Virus record (IMG/VR): IMGVR_UViG_3300048861_000079
Span: 22,932 to 86,931 of that record
DNA: 64,000 nt
Reading direction: 5' to 3' (one strand)
Origin: a virus
Taxonomy: Duplodnaviria > Caudoviricetes
The notes under the pieces were generated by a model, which was given only the letters and a program-made list of their open reading frames with translations, did not search any database and was not told the DNA's origin. Positions 63,130-64,000 of the stretch are shown one piece after another. Every line of letters starts with the position of its first letter. Position 1 is the stretch's first letter. A program made the translations under genes and the position numbers.

Positions 63130-64000
63130 CAGGCCGGTGCTTCGGACCCGGCCAGTGCGGCCACCGCGTCCTTCGGGTGTCAGTCGGGGTAATAGGCTCA
63201 GCGTATGCGAGCCGGCTGCGAAGCATCCAGGGGTCGCGCCCTTGGCGACGAGTGAAATCGTGACAAGCGGAGAGAGAGCCGCACAAGTTTCGCCCGAATG
63301 GGCAATGAATGACCAGTGCGTGACGTGCGGTTCGAGTCCGCGTAGAGGGTCGCACTGGTGGTAGTCGATGACGAAGCTGGTCGTCGGCCTGTGTGAAGGT
63401 AGCGCTCCTTCACACCAGTTTCGCCCGAATGGGCAGTAGTTTGAGGAAGTGGGGAGGTAGCAACCCTGCTGGTCGGATCCTTATCGCTTTGGATCCCCGC
63501 GAACAGCGGCCAGCCCTCAATTCAGGTGAAAACACGGTAGACCTCAGTCTCTACAAGACGCCGTGGGACGCAGTGGAAGCCTGCAACTTTCAGATCGGTC
63601 GTTTGAGGCGACCGTAGGGGCGGCGCCCGAAGGCCAAGGGCGCAGCCGGAGAATGAGACGGACGTAGGTAGCTCAGTTGGTAGAGCGGCTCTCGGGTAGA
63701 GAGCGCGTCGTCGGTTCGAGTCCGACCCTGGTCGAGATGGACCAGTCCGAGAATTCGCCCCGCCCCGCCTTTTGATGAAGGGTGCTCCGCATGTCTCTAC
63801 GAGTGCTTGAAGCGTAGAGGTTCCCCGCATTCCCCGTAAGACTACCCGAAAGGGGCGGTTGGGGTTACGCAAGTGCCGACAAGGACGGCTTAGGCCGTCG
63901 ACTCATAAACTCTGACACCAGATCCTTGCGGCGACGAGTTTGACAGCTGCGAGATAATTTTCCGGGCGCTTGTCGTAGCGAGTGGCGATACCTCGAAACT
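63130..64000 (+). ncRNA. large, highly structured non-coding RNA (GOLLD-like candidate), truncated by the window end
   Basis: More than 15 GC-rich hairpins, two T-loops, duplicated 19-nt module, nested long-range stems, no ORF with phage codon bias. Confidence 0.65.
63661..63733 (+). tRNA. degenerate tRNA-like element (anticodon GGT at canonical spacing)
   Basis: D arm GCTC-AGTTGGTA-GAGC and T arm GTCGG-TTCGAGT-CCGAC; G at position 33, bulged acceptor stem, no CCA. Confidence 0.55.

Noticed and set aside
63440-63520. RNase P RNA or tmRNA identity for the large RNA (GAGGAAGT resembles RNase P P4)
   Set aside because: Only a partial match. The GAGGAAAGUCC continuation is absent, and no tmRNA acceptor end with CCA or tag ORF was found in the window.
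63691-63697. Reading the tRNA-like element as tRNA-Pro (CT-CGG-GT loop)
   Set aside because: That register gives only 2 stem pairs. Canonical spacing gives a 5-bp stem with GGT.

Overview
This window is about 64 kb of a large, GC-rich tailed phage genome with almost all genes on the + strand. The host is most likely a Rhizobiales alphaproteobacterium (inferred from RepC, its ctRNA and the dif arm). Left arm (1-26.9 kb): capsid, neck and a lambda-like long non-contractile tail (tube, G/GT chaperones with a -1 frameshift, tape measure with an M15 peptidase domain, M/L/K/I/J), then a lysis cassette, an HTH-metallophosphoesterase and an Stf-like fibre. Right arm (27-63 kb): PhoH, helicase, primase, ligase, a vWA/AAA+ pair, a sigma-like protein, DnaE fused to a UDG-like domain, UvsY/SSB/5'-exonuclease/RecA, SbcCD, RuvC, RNR, ThyX and dUTPase. 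This gene content resembles SSU5/pHCM2-type phage-plasmids (from recollection, not a search). A reverse-strand replicon (dif-like site, RHH gene, ctRNA, repC) indicates a plasmid-prophage lifestyle. Patterns not explained by the gene list: (1) about 24 copies of a 20-bp palindromic operator; (2) 11 copies of an unusual promoter, (A/T)TCCC-N11/12-GCTATAA, found only in the right arm; (3) three separate C-terminal peptide tags shared by unrelated proteins: Ala-Ala in 10 non-virion proteins, YDDN(E/D)EYGxF, and AAA(S/T)G(D/N)LxAA(I/V)(N/T); (4) one YDDN(E/D)EYGxF copy lies in frame just beyond the dnaE UGA stop; (5) a highly structured non-coding RNA of >850 nt with an embedded tRNA-like domain runs off the window end. 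All calls are by-eye motif recognition. No database searches were run.
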